Source: Styela clava (lineage: Eukaryota). Taken from it: a stretch of DNA of 64,000 bases. Every line of letters begins with the position of its first letter. Position 1 is the stretch's first letter. The stretch lies in contig NC_135263.1 of the NCBI RefSeq assembly GCF_964204865.1, forward strand, positions 11,656,001 to 11,720,000, read 5' to 3'. A model generated the notes under the pieces. That model was not told where the DNA came from, ran no database searches, and worked only from the letters and a program-made list of their open reading frames with translations. Below are positions 46,641 through 60,362 of this stretch, piece after piece. A program made the position numbers and the translations under genes.

Positions 46641-49600
46641 TTACAATTTTGTGACGTGATTAGTAAAAATAGTGTTGTTATTATTTGTTTCCACGTCCAA
46701 ATATTCAATTTGTACTTTTCTCTCGTCTGCATTTTCGTTCGTTGATCTGTAATTACACGGAAAGTAATTTAAATTATTCAATATCAATAATATTACAACA
46801 TTTCATAGATATGACCAAATTTTACCTTTTATTTTTTATAAACTTAGCTATCCACTTCATGTTAACACGGTAACCTTTTTCCGCTTCTTGCAGAGTCGTA
46901 GTGGCAACTTTTGATGAGGTTTGTGGCATGATGAGAGTGGCCAGACCAGCACTGAGGCCAAGGAACCCTAATATAGCCTTACAAAAATATTGAAAGAAAA
47001 AATGTTAAACGGCGTGGTGAGTATCAATGCAACACATTGTATTAAAGGTTTTATACTCAATCAAAATGCAGACTTACTTGAGTGACCCATATGGAGTCAG
47101 ACTGAACTTCAAGAATAAACGGAATAATTATAGATCCGACTCTTGCGAACGAGGACGCAAGTGCCATTGCTTTGCCTCTGTAAGCAGACATAGATAAAAG
47201 GGACATTTTAAATTATCGTATATCAATCGCAACTAATGCAAATTATCCTTCGGAAACTATGGAAAATAAAAAAATACCTTGTGATAACCGGAAAAACATC
47301 ATTCGTGTATTGATATGTAGCGTAGAAAGAAACAGTCGCAAATAATTTCCCTGTGATTGATACCCATCTCACCACTTGTAGGGCAGCTATGACAAAAAAT
47401 TATATCTGCTGTAAAATTCACTGCATTTAATTTAGGGCATAAATAGTAAAGGCAATTCTTACTTTCACTTGTACTGTCTATTTCCGCCGCAATCATTGCT
47501 ACAAGGCAGAGCGATCCCGAACACAGCATCCCGAGAATAATACAGACTTTTGCCCCATATTTCTTATTTACTGCTCCATACACAATTACTGCAATAATTT
47601 CTGTTGCTCCATTCAGAACGCCGTTTACATACGGGTCACCTGTGGTGTGGAACGCATGAAATTTCTCTGGTAAATCTTAACAAAGCAATTCATGAAATAC
47701 TATTCTCGATCTAAGCAATCGTCGTCGAGCGAGGACTGTGTTTAGTTAGTTGTTATTCCCACTCCAAAATCTGTAGTAATTGACTGCTGAAAATGGATTT
47801 CAACCTGAATTCAGCACATAGTTTATGTTTAGCATGAAAAGGCATACAATTCTAGCAGAATATTATGTCTTTGTGGCGGAGTTTAAAATAATTATCTTGT
47901 TTGAGCTAAAACAGCGTTGTTGCCATTTTCGGTATCACGTTAACTTTGATAAATATATATATGTATAAACTAACCCGAAAGAGAACCTGCGTTCAGTACC
48001 AGGCCGTAGAATACACAGTTGACTGCAAACCAATCAAACAACACAACCAGCGATACAATTCTTGTAAAAGGTCGACGGAAAAGATCAGTCAGATGAGATC
48101 TTGTACTGATAGATTCCTATAATTTAATAATAGTATATCCTTGAAGATTTTGACTCAAATTTTATTAATTGCGAAAGAATCACCATTTTTTTCTTTTCTG
48201 TATCGAGAACTTTTTGCCAGTCGTCTTCGTTCAATGTTTTTCCTCTGCTTTTTGCATACCGATTCAATACTTTTCTTGCTTCTTCTTCTTTTCCTTTCAT
48301 AAGTAGCCACCTGAGGACAATACGGTATTCCTGTAAATAAGACTGATGAGGAAGAAATTGTTCAAAAGTGAGGAAGGAAATGCATCGGATTAAGGGGGCG
48401 ATATTTATATGAAGGACGAACAATTGTTAAGACGAATAAATAAAATGGAATCAGTGAACGAAAAAATGAAAATGCAGCCTAACTCTTACTTTGGAGTTTC
48501 AGGAATAAACGGCCAAGTAATAATGAAAGCTAGTGGTAGTAGAGCACTTGCTAGATTCAAATCCCTCCAATCCCGTAAAACATACGCCACGGCTGGTAAT
48601 ATGGTGTGAGAAATTGATGTAGTAAACATTATAATTGTACCAACGGTGGACCTGAGGCTTCGACCAGCTACTTCATTTGCTGAAAGATATGTTATTTAAA
48701 TGTTGTTCAAGATTCAGTTTTATTATCAGTTAAAAAAATCATCTATATCAGACTTGGGCAAACTACGGTCCACGGGCCAAATCCGGCCCGTTGGGTAGTT
48801 CAATCTGGCCCGCCTGATACTGCCACAACCAAAATGAAACCAAAATTTGATGTTTTAGCTAATATTAACTCAAGGAATTTGTTGAGATTGGGGTTGAATT
48901 TAGTTTTGGCACGAGGCATACTATTTTCCACTGTTGCTTTTGTAACACTGTAAATATTGTTCATAAAATGTAACTTTTTACGTCACACTTACATGGCCGC
49001 CAGTCTAGGTAGGAAAAAAAATTTGGCCCCTGGTTCGAAATCCTTACCCACCCCTGATCTATATAATATTTTGTTTTGTAAGACAAACATAGCAATACCT
49101 TGCCAGAGTCTTGAGTTAATGATATTGATCTTGTAAATTCGCCAAATTGTTACATCTAAAAATAATCAGTAGAAAACTCTTACCGTAAGAGAAAATAGCC
49201 CCGACCAGTGGAACACACGTAGAACCTTCAATAAAGCGAAAAACACAATAGACTGCAAATGTAGGAGCAAACGTACATCCTATTCCGGATGCCATTAATC
49301 CAACAGAAAGAACAAGGAGGGCAGTTCTCCTCCCGAACCTTTGAAGAAGACACCGTAAACTTAATCCCGAATAATACATTATAATATCGGCGCTCCGGAG
49401 GTATTCGTACAAAGATGACTCACAACCTGAACAACCCTAACCTGGTACACATACTATGTTCAGATTGTGCGTCATCTTGGTACGAATACTTCTGGAGCAC
49501 CTTAATATTTAATCGGTCCATGATGAGCCGTTAAAACTTCTATTAAAATTTCTGAAGTTTAGCTGAGACGTTACGAACAATAAATAGTTTGGGTATAGAG

Positions 49601-51187
49601 AATATCTCATAAAATTTTACCAACATGAACTGTAAATAGTGGACGCATTTAGTGCTAACTACATAGAATGTGGATTCTCTGTTATAAGTCATCCACGTGA
49701 CTCAACATCATAAGCCACCTTCTATCATGTGTTTTGATCCAATCAACTTATATTATCAGTTTAAAAAAACGTAACCATTGAATTTGCCGTAGTTCGTATT
49801 ATCATGTGTTGATTACGATTATTTATACTTGTTTGATATTTGAGCATTTTTATTTACCAATCGACGACATATCCAGCTGGAGGAGATCCAAAAAATATTC
49901 CAACAAACAAAAGTGAAGTAACAAAAGAGTTTAATAGACTCCTGTCACACAACAGGTTCCACTGCAAAAAAAGATAAAATTTAATCATCTTTTAGTATAT
50001 TGTAGCTGGAGCGAAAATGCACTTTCACAATCGGGGATATATCATAATCAGTCGTTATCAGCCCGTGAATTTCATGACTTCTCTTCGTGGTTTCGAGTTT
50101 CTGCTATTCTATTTCTAGTTATATTTGCCAAATCAGGCTTTTTGTACTGCTCGCATGTCGATAGTTAAGTATACAAGCCACAATTACATCGTTAAATAAG
50201 TCACCTCAGTAGCGACCGTTTCTTCGAAGTAACTGTCGTCATAATGAAATCCGTTATCGCATCTCACTATTCCATTTGCTGATGCGTTAGTTAAACAGGA
50301 CAAGTTTCCTGATATCAAACAATCCGTAGAGTTGTAGATGTATCGATGACAAGAATCTCCTGGCTGAAACAAAAGGTTTTCAATTTATTTAAAGATGAGT
50401 TGATATTGAAGTCTGATCCAACGTAGGAATAAGCGTTTGACTTTTCAATAACATACTCACAGGAATAGCCAGCGATGTGAAGTTCTCTTCACTCTTGTTC
50501 ACGCAAGTAGTATTGTCTTCAAAATATGGCAACCTACATCTGTGTTGAAAAGCACAATCAATTAAACCCGAGTGTAACGACAGATATCAACTTACGCGGA
50601 AACGGAACCGCCACGAGGTGCGCAATTTTTCATATTGATAACGCCTTCGCATACGAAAAACGAATCCCATAGAGTCTAGAGTCGCATAGACTCATAGAGG
50701 ACACAGATATTTTTGAATTACATAAAATAGCAAAAAATACAATCTTTAACCGCAAAACATTTAAAAGCAATTGGTCAGGTAGTTGAAGAGAAAAGCGATT
50801 TTTTTCATAGCAATAAGGAAAATACAAACAACAATAACAACAACATTTTAACAACACGACCCATAGGTCCACTTCTTGTCCAGAATATGTCAAAATAAAA
50901 GCAGAAGTGAAGCCTGACTAGTTTCCTACTATTCCATCGCCACACATCGATATATAAGCACTGTACTTAGATATCAGTACCACAGAGATAAAGACGATTG
51001 TAGTAGGTAGGTGCAATAAATACATCTGTATGTAGTCAAATTACCTGTGATCCGGCACGGCATTATAATACACTGATGTGAATGGTGTCCATGAACCAGC
51101 GAATATCGCAAAAATACACGAAACAAGTATGAATATTTTGTAGAAACTGAAAGTACCAAGCTGCTCTTCAAATTCGTCCAAATCCAT
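46641..51187 (-). CDS. SLC22-family organic ion transporter, paralog B, apparently intact
   Basis: MDLDEFEEQLG start, HRC, WNLLCD, DWFGRR, PETPKWL, DLFRRP, FYGL, DVFP, ends VTKL* (PDZ-like); exon phases compatible where checked. Confidence 0.88.
48749..49056. mobile_element. hAT MITE in an SLC22-B intron
   Basis: Ends cagacttgggcaa / ttacccacccctg; perfect TSD atctatat. Confidence 0.85.
49389..49501. mobile_element. Short palindromic MITE
   Basis: About 45-bp imperfect TIRs around aaccctaacc; ttaa at the right flank. Confidence 0.7.
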
Positions 51188-52627
51188 TTGCTTATTGTCC
51201 TAACTTATTCCACAAATTCTTTATATCTTTCAACAGCGCACATTTTCATTTAACAATCAACGACTAAACAGCTGGAATAATCGGAATCGTGTGCATCCTC
51301 ATATTCTACTATTTGTATGTTTTGTTTTGATCAGAGATAAATTACGCGCAGCTCAGAAATAGGCAACCAAATATATCAACTACGCAATATTGTTAGCAAA
51401 ACGATTTATCACGGATTGAGCTCTGTATATTCTTAAAAATAGAATGATTGTTCGAGGCGACTGACTAGAAGCGCAGGCTGAAAAAACCATTGATGACAAA
51501 TCAGAATATAAAGAATCAAAATTTCTGGAGAACAAAACTGGATTGACGAAGCATTCAATACCAAGATTTATTTCTGACTCAATTCACTAACTGAGCAACA
51601 CGCTGTGCTGTAAAAAGTTATATTACACGATGTCTACGAAACCATCCTGTTACCGAGCGGAGTTCCATATAATTTCTCAACTACGATGAAATTTTCACGA
51701 GAATGACGAAGCATATTTTATATATTGAATAATGTTTACTAGATTCGTACGTGGTTTTAAAACATCCAGAACGGTTTTGTTCATATTCATAGTAAAACGA
51801 TAACTGCATAGTAAAATTGACTTTACACGCACTGTAAAAATTTTAACGTTCTTTGCACGAACGCAGTTGCCTTTACTTTACAGCATTTAAATGCGATAAT
51901 CTTTGATGTGGAAGTTTCCCGATTTGAAACTACGAATTCAAGAGTGTGTAGCACTGATATTGGGTCTTTGTGGTGCATTTTTATTTTGTAAAAAATTGTG
52001 AAATATAGAATAATAAAATGAACATTTCCATATCGTATAACCATCTGTAGTTGGCCTGAGTTTAGTCATGCAATGTCTATTTGAACCATTCATCAGGTAA
52101 AAATGCTCATTGGATTTCTTATTATTAAAGTTGATAATCATTGAGTATTAGTGCAATTTATACAACGTAACTTGAATAACTCTTCATAAAGCCCATGTAA
52201 TTTTTCCCTTGTGTGTATAGCATTAAACACATATGACTCGTGGCTCGCCTTTCAACGGTTATATGTAATTGCAGCCACTGTGGGGAGGTGAACGGAGGGA
52301 TAAAACCTAAGATCTTTAATACGTGACTTGAACATAGTGAAGTCCATGGTTCTGATTATTTGTTCGTCAATCGTCATATATATGCTTGTTCATATTTTCA
52401 TAACAGTACTATACAATTTAAATGATTCTAATTTTATGACATATATATTCGGGATCTCAATTAGGACGAAGTGCCAATTCATTCCTGCAGTTATTTGATT
52501 GGGCTTTATTAGTTTATTTGAAGTTAAGTTGTGATCGTTTTTCAATAGATTAAGTCGTCACATTGATTCTCCTTTTCCTGGGACCAGTGTGAGAATATAT
52601 ACTAACTTCAACGGTGTATCTTAAAAG

Positions 52628-52776
52628 TGCTCGCCGCCATAGGGTGGTTCACGTACCTTGGTCGGTTACGGCTTCCTCTATCATCAAATCCACACATCTG
52701 AAATGAATAACTGGCTGACTAGTCCCATGGCCGACATGGGCCAGCAACCAGACAAGAAGCCGTAGTTTGCCATATA
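52628..52776 (+). mobile_element. Degenerate SINE body
   Basis: gggtggttcacgta..tggtcggttacggcttcctc matches the 8788-9129 SINE. Confidence 0.75.
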
Positions 52777-54021
52777 TCGCTGACAAATGTCAACAGTAAT
52801 ATTAGGCCGAAAAGTACACTCTCAGCTTGAAGGCTTCTCAACTGTATCTCAAGTCAAATATTATCTATGTAATGTTCGTGGGGCTAGTAAACTTACCGAC
52901 GCCTTTCTCCTCTCTACCAAAATATTATATCCGTGTGAATGCTGTAAACAGAAATGGATGGTTGATACTATTTTGTATATGTGTATGAATTCGTGATAGA
53001 AAGATATTTTGCAGTTGGAAACCACATATTGTCAGTTATCCAATAATTTTTTTGCAAAATCTTAAAATATTTTACAGATTAAGGCTCATTTTGAAATCTA
53101 AAACCCTTAAATAAGTATATTTTAGTTTATTTCACTCGCGTCTACAATATGGTCTACTTGGTTTCGGGCATTATATATACGTTTTGGGTTGGGGTTCAGC
53201 AACAAGGTCTTCCTTTCAGTCAATTTAAGTTCTGCGGAATAAAGTTTTAAGGTGCATGACATTTGCAGAGAAAAGTTTTAACTAATTTGCAGCTTTGTCA
53301 CCAGTATGATCTCCTACGACCTACAGCTTTCAGATATGCTCGCACTATAAATTGCAAAGTTTATGCATCGGTATGAAAATGGCCTTATTCTCCCAGTCTT
53401 TATACATTATTTCACCCCATTACAAAAAGTGCATAATTACTGCACCAGATTTTAAATAAACAGGAATAATATTACTCCACAAGTGTCCACTGAGGTGGAC
53501 AAAACATCTTTGAAGTATGAAACCAAAAAAAGTTCAGTGCATGTTTTCAATGAGGAACTGAAAAAGTCTTTCTTACTTAAATGCTCAAATTTGTCTTAAT
53601 ATCTTGATTAATAATTATCTCAATTAAAAATCCTAAGTTTAATATCTTTTAAACTTTGTTTAAAGTAAATGAGCCAAACACTGTATATAATATCATAAAT
53701 TTGACTGTTTCACATTTAGACTGTGTATTGAAGATCATTGGCCTCTTTCAATTGCATTTTTTGTAAAATCATACTAAAATGTTTTCTCTTTTTTGACACA
53801 AACTACTACTATGTACTTTATTATAGTTCACCTTAAAAAACCATTGTTAATGATACTTGTACTTCCTATCTTTTATTTATTGTTTAATCTGTGATAATCC
53901 GACTTCTTCATTTTTCTCTGTGTATTTGAGCCCGTCTCGGCCCAACAAATATTTAATTACAAAAACTAATCTAAGCTTTTGATAATTTTTTCAATTTTAT
54001 GGACCTGTTCGAATCTAAAAC

Positions 54022-55547
54022 TAGGGTTGGGACCCCGGAAAATCCCGATATCCCGGGATCTGGAGTGTTTTTTTTTCAATCCCAATCCCGCAATTATTCT
54101 CTAAAAATTCCGGGGTTATAAGGCGTTATTATCCACATGTAGATATTCTCACAAATGGTAGGTTATACCATTTTATTTAATTCTTCTTTAAAAATAAAAG
54201 CCATCCACGTTTACAGTTTGAGTCAGTCAGACTAAGTGGAATTATTGTGCGAAATTTTCTCAAGTTTTACAAATGAATTATTATTTGACTAGTAGAATTG
54301 CAATTATCGCCGATTTATTTAATCATAATTTGAACTCAAAATAGCATTCAGGATTCACGCAATGACTTTGCAGGGTTTTTATTCACTATTTAATAGAAAA
54401 ATAAAACAGCCACAATAGAAAAATAAAATCAAGAAGGTCAACTATCGCCTTCATGAATATCCGCATTTCGGCGTCAGAAATGATAATATTTTTAGCTTAA
54501 AATTGGGACAGTTAATTTACAAACGGTGACAAGAAAGATAAAAGCCGACCCAAAAGATAAAAATCGGAATTAAATCCCGAATTCGACAGTTCGTTAAAAG
54601 TATCCGACACGATGAAAAGATACTATTTTGCCCACCATTGAGATCTCTAATCACCCAGTAATCTGGCGAAACGCGTAGACCAAATACTGATGCAATGAAA
54701 CTTAATAAAACTATTTTGCACTACTTCACGAAAGCGTGGTGGAATTGCCGATTATTTCATATCTCGAACACAAAATCTTTTTCGGATAGTTTCTGCGGTC
54801 TGAAAAGTCGAATAAGCGTTTCGACATAGTAAATGCTACGATCTTTATCATCAAATTATGCTCGGGCATTGCACGAAATTCATAACGTGAAAAGATACGT
54901 TCAGCGGTGAAAATTATAACAACTTTAAATTAAACCTATTTAGTGGTTTTAGCGATAATAATTAATTGTTGTAATGAAATACAGTTTGTTTGCCCATTTC
55001 ATTCCTCTCGTAAGTGCCGACAATAATGCTATTGAAAGATTTTGGCAATGGGAGAAACATATTGAATTGTAACAAAAAAGAATTAAGTTGTGCAAAAGTG
55101 AAAATGCCTGTGATAATAATAATAATAACGGCTAACGGGGGACGCGGGAGGGCGTCAACTTTTACAATAATGTGAGGTGCTTCGAAGGCGCTCTCGTGTA
55201 CATTAATGTAAGAAAACGGTTGTAATATCGGTAACTATTAACCATGTTTTCGCCTTCGGCTATCGCACTCTTTACAAGTAGAAAATGTTCGTGTTTTGTG
55301 ATAGATGTGCCGCGAATATTTAAAATGCTAAATAGTGTGCCGCGACATAAAAAAAAGGGTGGGAACTACTGCCCTAGATGCTCTAATATTTCTGCGTCGG
55401 CATCACATTAAATAAATACGTGATTTTATTGTCATGCAAGTTGTTTCAATCTTTTACTTAATTTCGAAAAATTCGGGATTATACGGCTCAATCCCGGGAT
55501 ATCCCGATACTGAGATTTCAAAAACTGGCTCCGAAATCCCAACCCTA
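54022..55547. mobile_element. Non-autonomous hAT (TAGGG-type)
   Basis: TIR tagggttggga / tcccaacccta; cccgggat subterminal repeats; TSD tctaaaac / cttaaaac; a further hAT end lies near 55355-55371. Confidence 0.75.
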
Positions 55548-56017
55548 CTTAAAACACGTGATCTATTAATATCATTACTTGCATTATTAACTGTGAAATT
55601 GCTGACTCGCACATCTAGGCTACATTTTATTTCTCCATATATTTTTTATTCGTATTTCATTGCTAATGCTATGTCTGGTTGATTTCATGTATATATACAG
55701 CAAGGGCCAGGAGCCTCGGTGACCTACCGTAACTGGTCTTGCATACTGCCCTCACAAATAATGATCAACCAATTGCTAAATTACATTTTGTGTTGCTTCA
55801 AATGTATTATAGTGTTGACATTGTTTGCGATAATAAATCTCTCTCTCGTTTTATGATCTTTGTAATTTTTTTTGGTATTAGCTGGTGAGCGGGCACATGC
55901 TATTTGTCATGTTTTAAACTTTTCTAAAGATTTTTTTTGTCCAGAATTCTCCATTTTTGATTTTGTGAGTATTATGGAGTTTTCAGAATGAATTATCTGA
56001 CTATCTATAATTACATG

Positions 56018-56055
56018 GTTCGGCTTCCCCCTCCCCCGTGATAAATATGTAACGT
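56018..56055 (+). mobile_element. SINE 3'-end fragment
   Basis: ctcccccgtgataaatatgtaac versus SINE ctcccccgagataaatatgtaac. Confidence 0.6.
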
Positions 56056-56756
56056 TTCCTCGACCCCTGAAAGATTCTCCCTATACTTTATCATTGCAAA
56101 ATTTTCAACGCTGATTTTGAGAGTGTTTTGAAGAGTTGGCGCTTACAAACTGGCTCGTATGTGCAAAGCTGTCATTTTTATTCAAAACAATAAACCACGT
56201 GCGCTTATAGGTAGTGATAGCTAATTTTATGCTAGTCTATCACAGCGTTTGCGCTATCAAATATTGATTATTGTAACTAAACTTAAGGTCCTCAGAAGAC
56301 ATAATGACAATTAAGTTATTTGATTTACAACTATATTTTGGAAACACAGCTAAAAACTGAAAAATAGCACGCAGAACTACCAAGAATGGGTAATGTTTGG
56401 AACCACGCTTGAATGTATATCTGAACGGAAGAATTGTATGGGCGGCGGCATAAATTCCATTTGTTACGTCGTTGGTAACTTATCGCTGATTTGTAATAGT
56501 TACGGAGATAAACAAGGAAATTTATGCTTTGGGAAGCATTCATCCAGTTGTTTTGAAATTATACTTCTTCCGCCAGTGGGCAATATAGAAACACAAATCG
56601 AAAGAAAAAAAATGAGCAGAATCGAGCATTTTCCAGTTCGCTAGTCTGTTGTTCCGCTGTGCAGTCTATGCTTATGTTTGTTGTGTTAGTCGAGCGTCAG
56701 GTTTAACGGGACTGTAGCTATTTTGATATTAAACGGATTTTTCATTCGCCTTAAAC

Positions 56757-59129
56757 ATGGGTAAAACGAAAAAAGCTAAGAAGAACAAGGTAGATAAGGT
56801 TAAAGAAGATCGTGATCCAGATTACTTCGATGAGGAATACGACGATTTTGACGACGGCGTGGGAAACGAGGATATTGCGGCTGTCCCTAATGCAGCCAAA
56901 AAGCACATTGATTCCGAGTCTTCCACCACAGTTGGCATTGAAGACAAATTTGGTGCTAAGGATTATAGAAGCCAAATGAGAATGAAAACTGACCATGCAT
57001 CTCGACCTATTTATGTTGCCCCTGATGGACATATATTTTTGGAGTCATTTTCTCCAGTTTATAAACATGCTAGAGATTTTCTTATTGCAATTTCAGAGCC
57101 GATCAGCAGACCAAAATACATTCATGAGTTCCGTTTAACACCGTATTCTTTGTATGCAGCAGTAAGTGTTGGATTAGAGACTGACGATATCATTGAATAC
57201 CTCAGCAGATTAAGTAAAACAACAATTCCAACGGGCATTGTTGATTTTATAAAACTTTGCACAGTCAGCTATGGCAAGGTTAAACTTGTGCTCAAACACA
57301 ATCGGTACTTTGTTGAAAGTACGCATGCTGAAGTTATACAAAAATTACTAAAAGATTCGGTTATTGAAACTTGCCGAAAAAGGGATTCTGGCGATCCAGA
57401 AGTTTCTACTTTTGTTGGAAAACAGGGATTACAAGTTAATAAACCAGCGGTGAAAAATGGCGAATCTTCCAATAATAATAATAATGAAGTTTCAGATGCC
57501 GCTGAAGAAGGTGGTGTACCGAAAGACATTTATGATTTATATGATAAAATTGATGGAAATGACGATGATGAAACAGAAACATTGCAAGTTGTGTCATTTG
57601 AAATTAATCAAGATGATATTGAAACATTGCAAAAAAGATGCATTGAATTAGAATATCCCTTATTAGCGGAATACGATTTTCGAAACGACACTGTGAACCC
57701 AGATTTAAAAATGGATTTAAAACCAACAACAGTCCTGAGACCTTATCAAGAAAAAAGTCTCAGAAAAATGTTTGGCAATGGAAGAGCACGTGCGGGTGTA
57801 ATTGTTCTTCCATGTGGTGCTGGAAAGACTTTAGTTGGTGTCACTGCAGCTTGTACTGTTCGAAAACGTTGCATGGTTCTGTGTACTTCTGGAGTTGCAG
57901 TTGAGCAATGGAGATCGCAATTTAAAATGTGGTCTACTGCCGATGATTCTATGATATGCAGATTTACGTCTGATGCAAAAGATAAACCCCATGGATGTGG
58001 TATTATTATTAGTACATATTCGATGATGGGACATAGTTTTAAACGATCGTGGGAGGCTGAACGAGTAATGGAATGGATAAGGAGTCAAGAATGGGGTTTG
58101 ATGGTATTAGATGAAGTCCACACAATTCCTGCGAAACAGTTCCGAAGAGTTTTAACAGTTGTACAAGCACATTGCAAACTCGGACTCACTGCAACATTAG
58201 TAAGAGAAGATGACAAAATTTCAGATTTGAATTTCCTCATTGGACCAAAACTATACGAGGCAAATTGGATGGAGCTTCAAAGTGGGGGATATATTGCCAG
58301 AGTGCAATGTGCGGAAGTGTGGTGCCCCATGACTCCAGAATTTTATCGAGAATATTTGGGGTTACAATCAAGAAAGCGTATTTTGCTCTATGTTATGAAT
58401 CCAAACAAGTTCAGAGCTTGTCAATATTTGGTTAAATTTCATGAGCGACGTAACGATAAAATTGTGGTATTTTCTGATAACGTATTTGCTTTAAAAGAAT
58501 ACGCTGTACGAATGGGAAAGCCATATATTTATGGACCAACGTCACAAGGTGAAAGAATACAGATATTACAAAACTTCATACACAATCCAAAAGTGAACAC
58601 TATTTTTATTTCCAAAGTTGGTGATAACTCGATTGATCTTCCTGCTGCAAATGTATTGATACAAGTTTCATCACATGGTGGTTCTCGTAGGCAAGAAGCA
58701 CAAAGATTGGGAAGAATCCTCCGAGCTAAAAAAGGCAGCTTGGCTGAAGAATACAATGCTTTTTTCTATTCACTCGTGTCACAAGATACAAAAGAAGTGG
58801 CTTATTCGACAAAAAGACAAAGTTTTTTAGTTAATCAAGGCTATGCATTTAAAGTTATCACTAAACTACAAGGCTTAGATGAAGATAAACAACTTGCATT
58901 TGGCACGAAAGAAGAACAGCACAATCTTCTTCAAAAAGTTTTAGCGGCCAGCGACCTTGATGCTGAGGAAGAGATGATGCCCGGTGAAGGTATGTCTTCA
59001 TCACGACAAGGTGGAGTGAAACGTAAAACGACAATGTCATCGCTTTCTGGGGCAGATGATGCGGTGTTTCTGGAATATAAATCGAAAAGGGACAAGAAAC
59101 ATGACCTTTTTAAGAAATTCCGGGGTTGA
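56757..59129 (+). CDS. ERCC3: TFIIH helicase subunit XPB, single coding exon, 790 aa
   Basis: [68 protein letters not shown]. Confidence 0.98.
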   Translation: MGKTKKAKKNKVDKVKEDRDPDYFDEEYDDFDDGVGNEDIAAVPNAAKKHIDSESSTTVGIEDKFGAKDYRSQMRMKTDHASRPIYVAPDGHIFLESFSPVYKHARDFLIAISEPISRPKYIHEFRLTPYSLYAAVSVGLETDDIIEYLSRLSKTTIPTGIVDFIKLCTVSYGKVKLVLKHNRYFVESTHAEVIQKLLKDSVIETCRKRDSGDPEVSTFVGKQGLQVNKPAVKNGESSNNNNNEVSDAAEEGGVPKDIYDLYDKIDGNDDDETETLQVVSFEINQDDIETLQKRCIELEYPLLAEYDFRNDTVNPDLKMDLKPTTVLRPYQEKSLRKMFGNGRARAGVIVLPCGAGKTLVGVTAACTVRKRCMVLCTSGVAVEQWRSQFKMWSTADDSMICRFTSDAKDKPHGCGIIISTYSMMGHSFKRSWEAERVMEWIRSQEWGLMVLDEVHTIPAKQFRRVLTVVQAHCKLGLTATLVREDDKISDLNFLIGPKLYEANWMELQSGGYIARVQCAEVWCPMTPEFYREYLGLQSRKRILLYVMNPNKFRACQYLVKFHERRNDKIVVFSDNVFALKEYAVRMGKPYIYGPTSQGERIQILQNFIHNPKVNTIFISKVGDNSIDLPAANVLIQVSSHGGSRRQEAQRLGRILRAKKGSLAEEYNAFFYSLVSQDTKEVAYSTKRQSFLVNQGYAFKVITKLQGLDEDKQLAFGTKEEQHNLLQKVLAASDLDAEEEMMPGEGMSSSRQGGVKRKTTMSSLSGADDAVFLEYKSKRDKKHDLFKKFRG

Positions 59130-60362
59130 ATCATCTGGTGCGAAAATTAGTAATACCCGGATCCACGGACGAAAAGGGAGGATACAACGGTATAAGACTT
59201 TTCGACTGAAATGGATACTCAGCGACCAACTTCAAATTTTGATGATTTCTTCTATCTATACAAAAAAAACTTGGTTTAGCCATTGATAAAAATAATTGCT
59301 TTTTCTGCTCAGATTGTGTATTCCAGCTTATTTGCGAGTTTGGTGCTTTTTTACAATGTAATATTTGACAACGCATTTCATGCAACCTTTCCTGCATTTC
59401 ATGTTACCATTATGTTCCACATATACATATAGTCCTATGGAATATTATCTCAAATATGTTGCAATTTATGTTCCAGTATAATACAGTGCATTCAGATATG
59501 TCAATTGTTTCATTTTTTTGTAAAAAACGTTATTTAAAAAAATGCATTATTGGGTACCTATTTACTGATACATAATATGACATTACTCTTACCAAGGCTA
59601 TTAGTATAGTTATAGTACTGTGTTCTGGTTGACTAGGATTCTAAAATAAAATTCTTATTCGAAAATTAGTGATTGATGTTGGAATACTGCTCAATTCTCA
59701 ATTTTCAATAATTGCAAATTTTATTATCAAGAAGTCATTAAAATTTTAGAAAATAATCATAGTTTGTTTGAATTTATGGAGTATCAAAAAAATATTGTCA
59801 CCAATTTCTCATTGTATCTTGGATATTATATATATATCATAATTATGATTAATAATGCTGTAATGCTGATTATCCCAACATTAACCATTATTTAAATCAA
59901 ACCCAATATTAAATCATTTAAAGAAGTGATTTCCTGTTAAGTTCAAACTTTTTCTAAGCTGTTGCAGTGAAGCACAACCAGAAAGTGAATTTTGATAGTA
60001 AATTTTTTATTCTCTTTGCTATGCGAATGTGCTTACATACACTGAATTTAGTTGCTAATCCTATTGTTTGCCAGTTCAGTTCTTATTCAATACCAGTGTT
60101 ATTTTTCATGTACATTATAAAATCATCATAAAAAAACATATAAGTTCTCATTGAAGATAACTTCCTTATTCAAATAAAGATACAATCAAGGCTAATAATA
60201 CTTTGATATTTCACACTGTTCCAGTCATTTGAGTGAAAAAAGTCCAAAATTGAAAAAAATATTCCATTTTCACAGGCTGTGATTTTGATTTTAAAATAAT
60301 TAGAATCTGTATCAAATGGTGCAGTCATTCGTGGCTGCGTATTTGAGGTCGTCTCACTCAAG

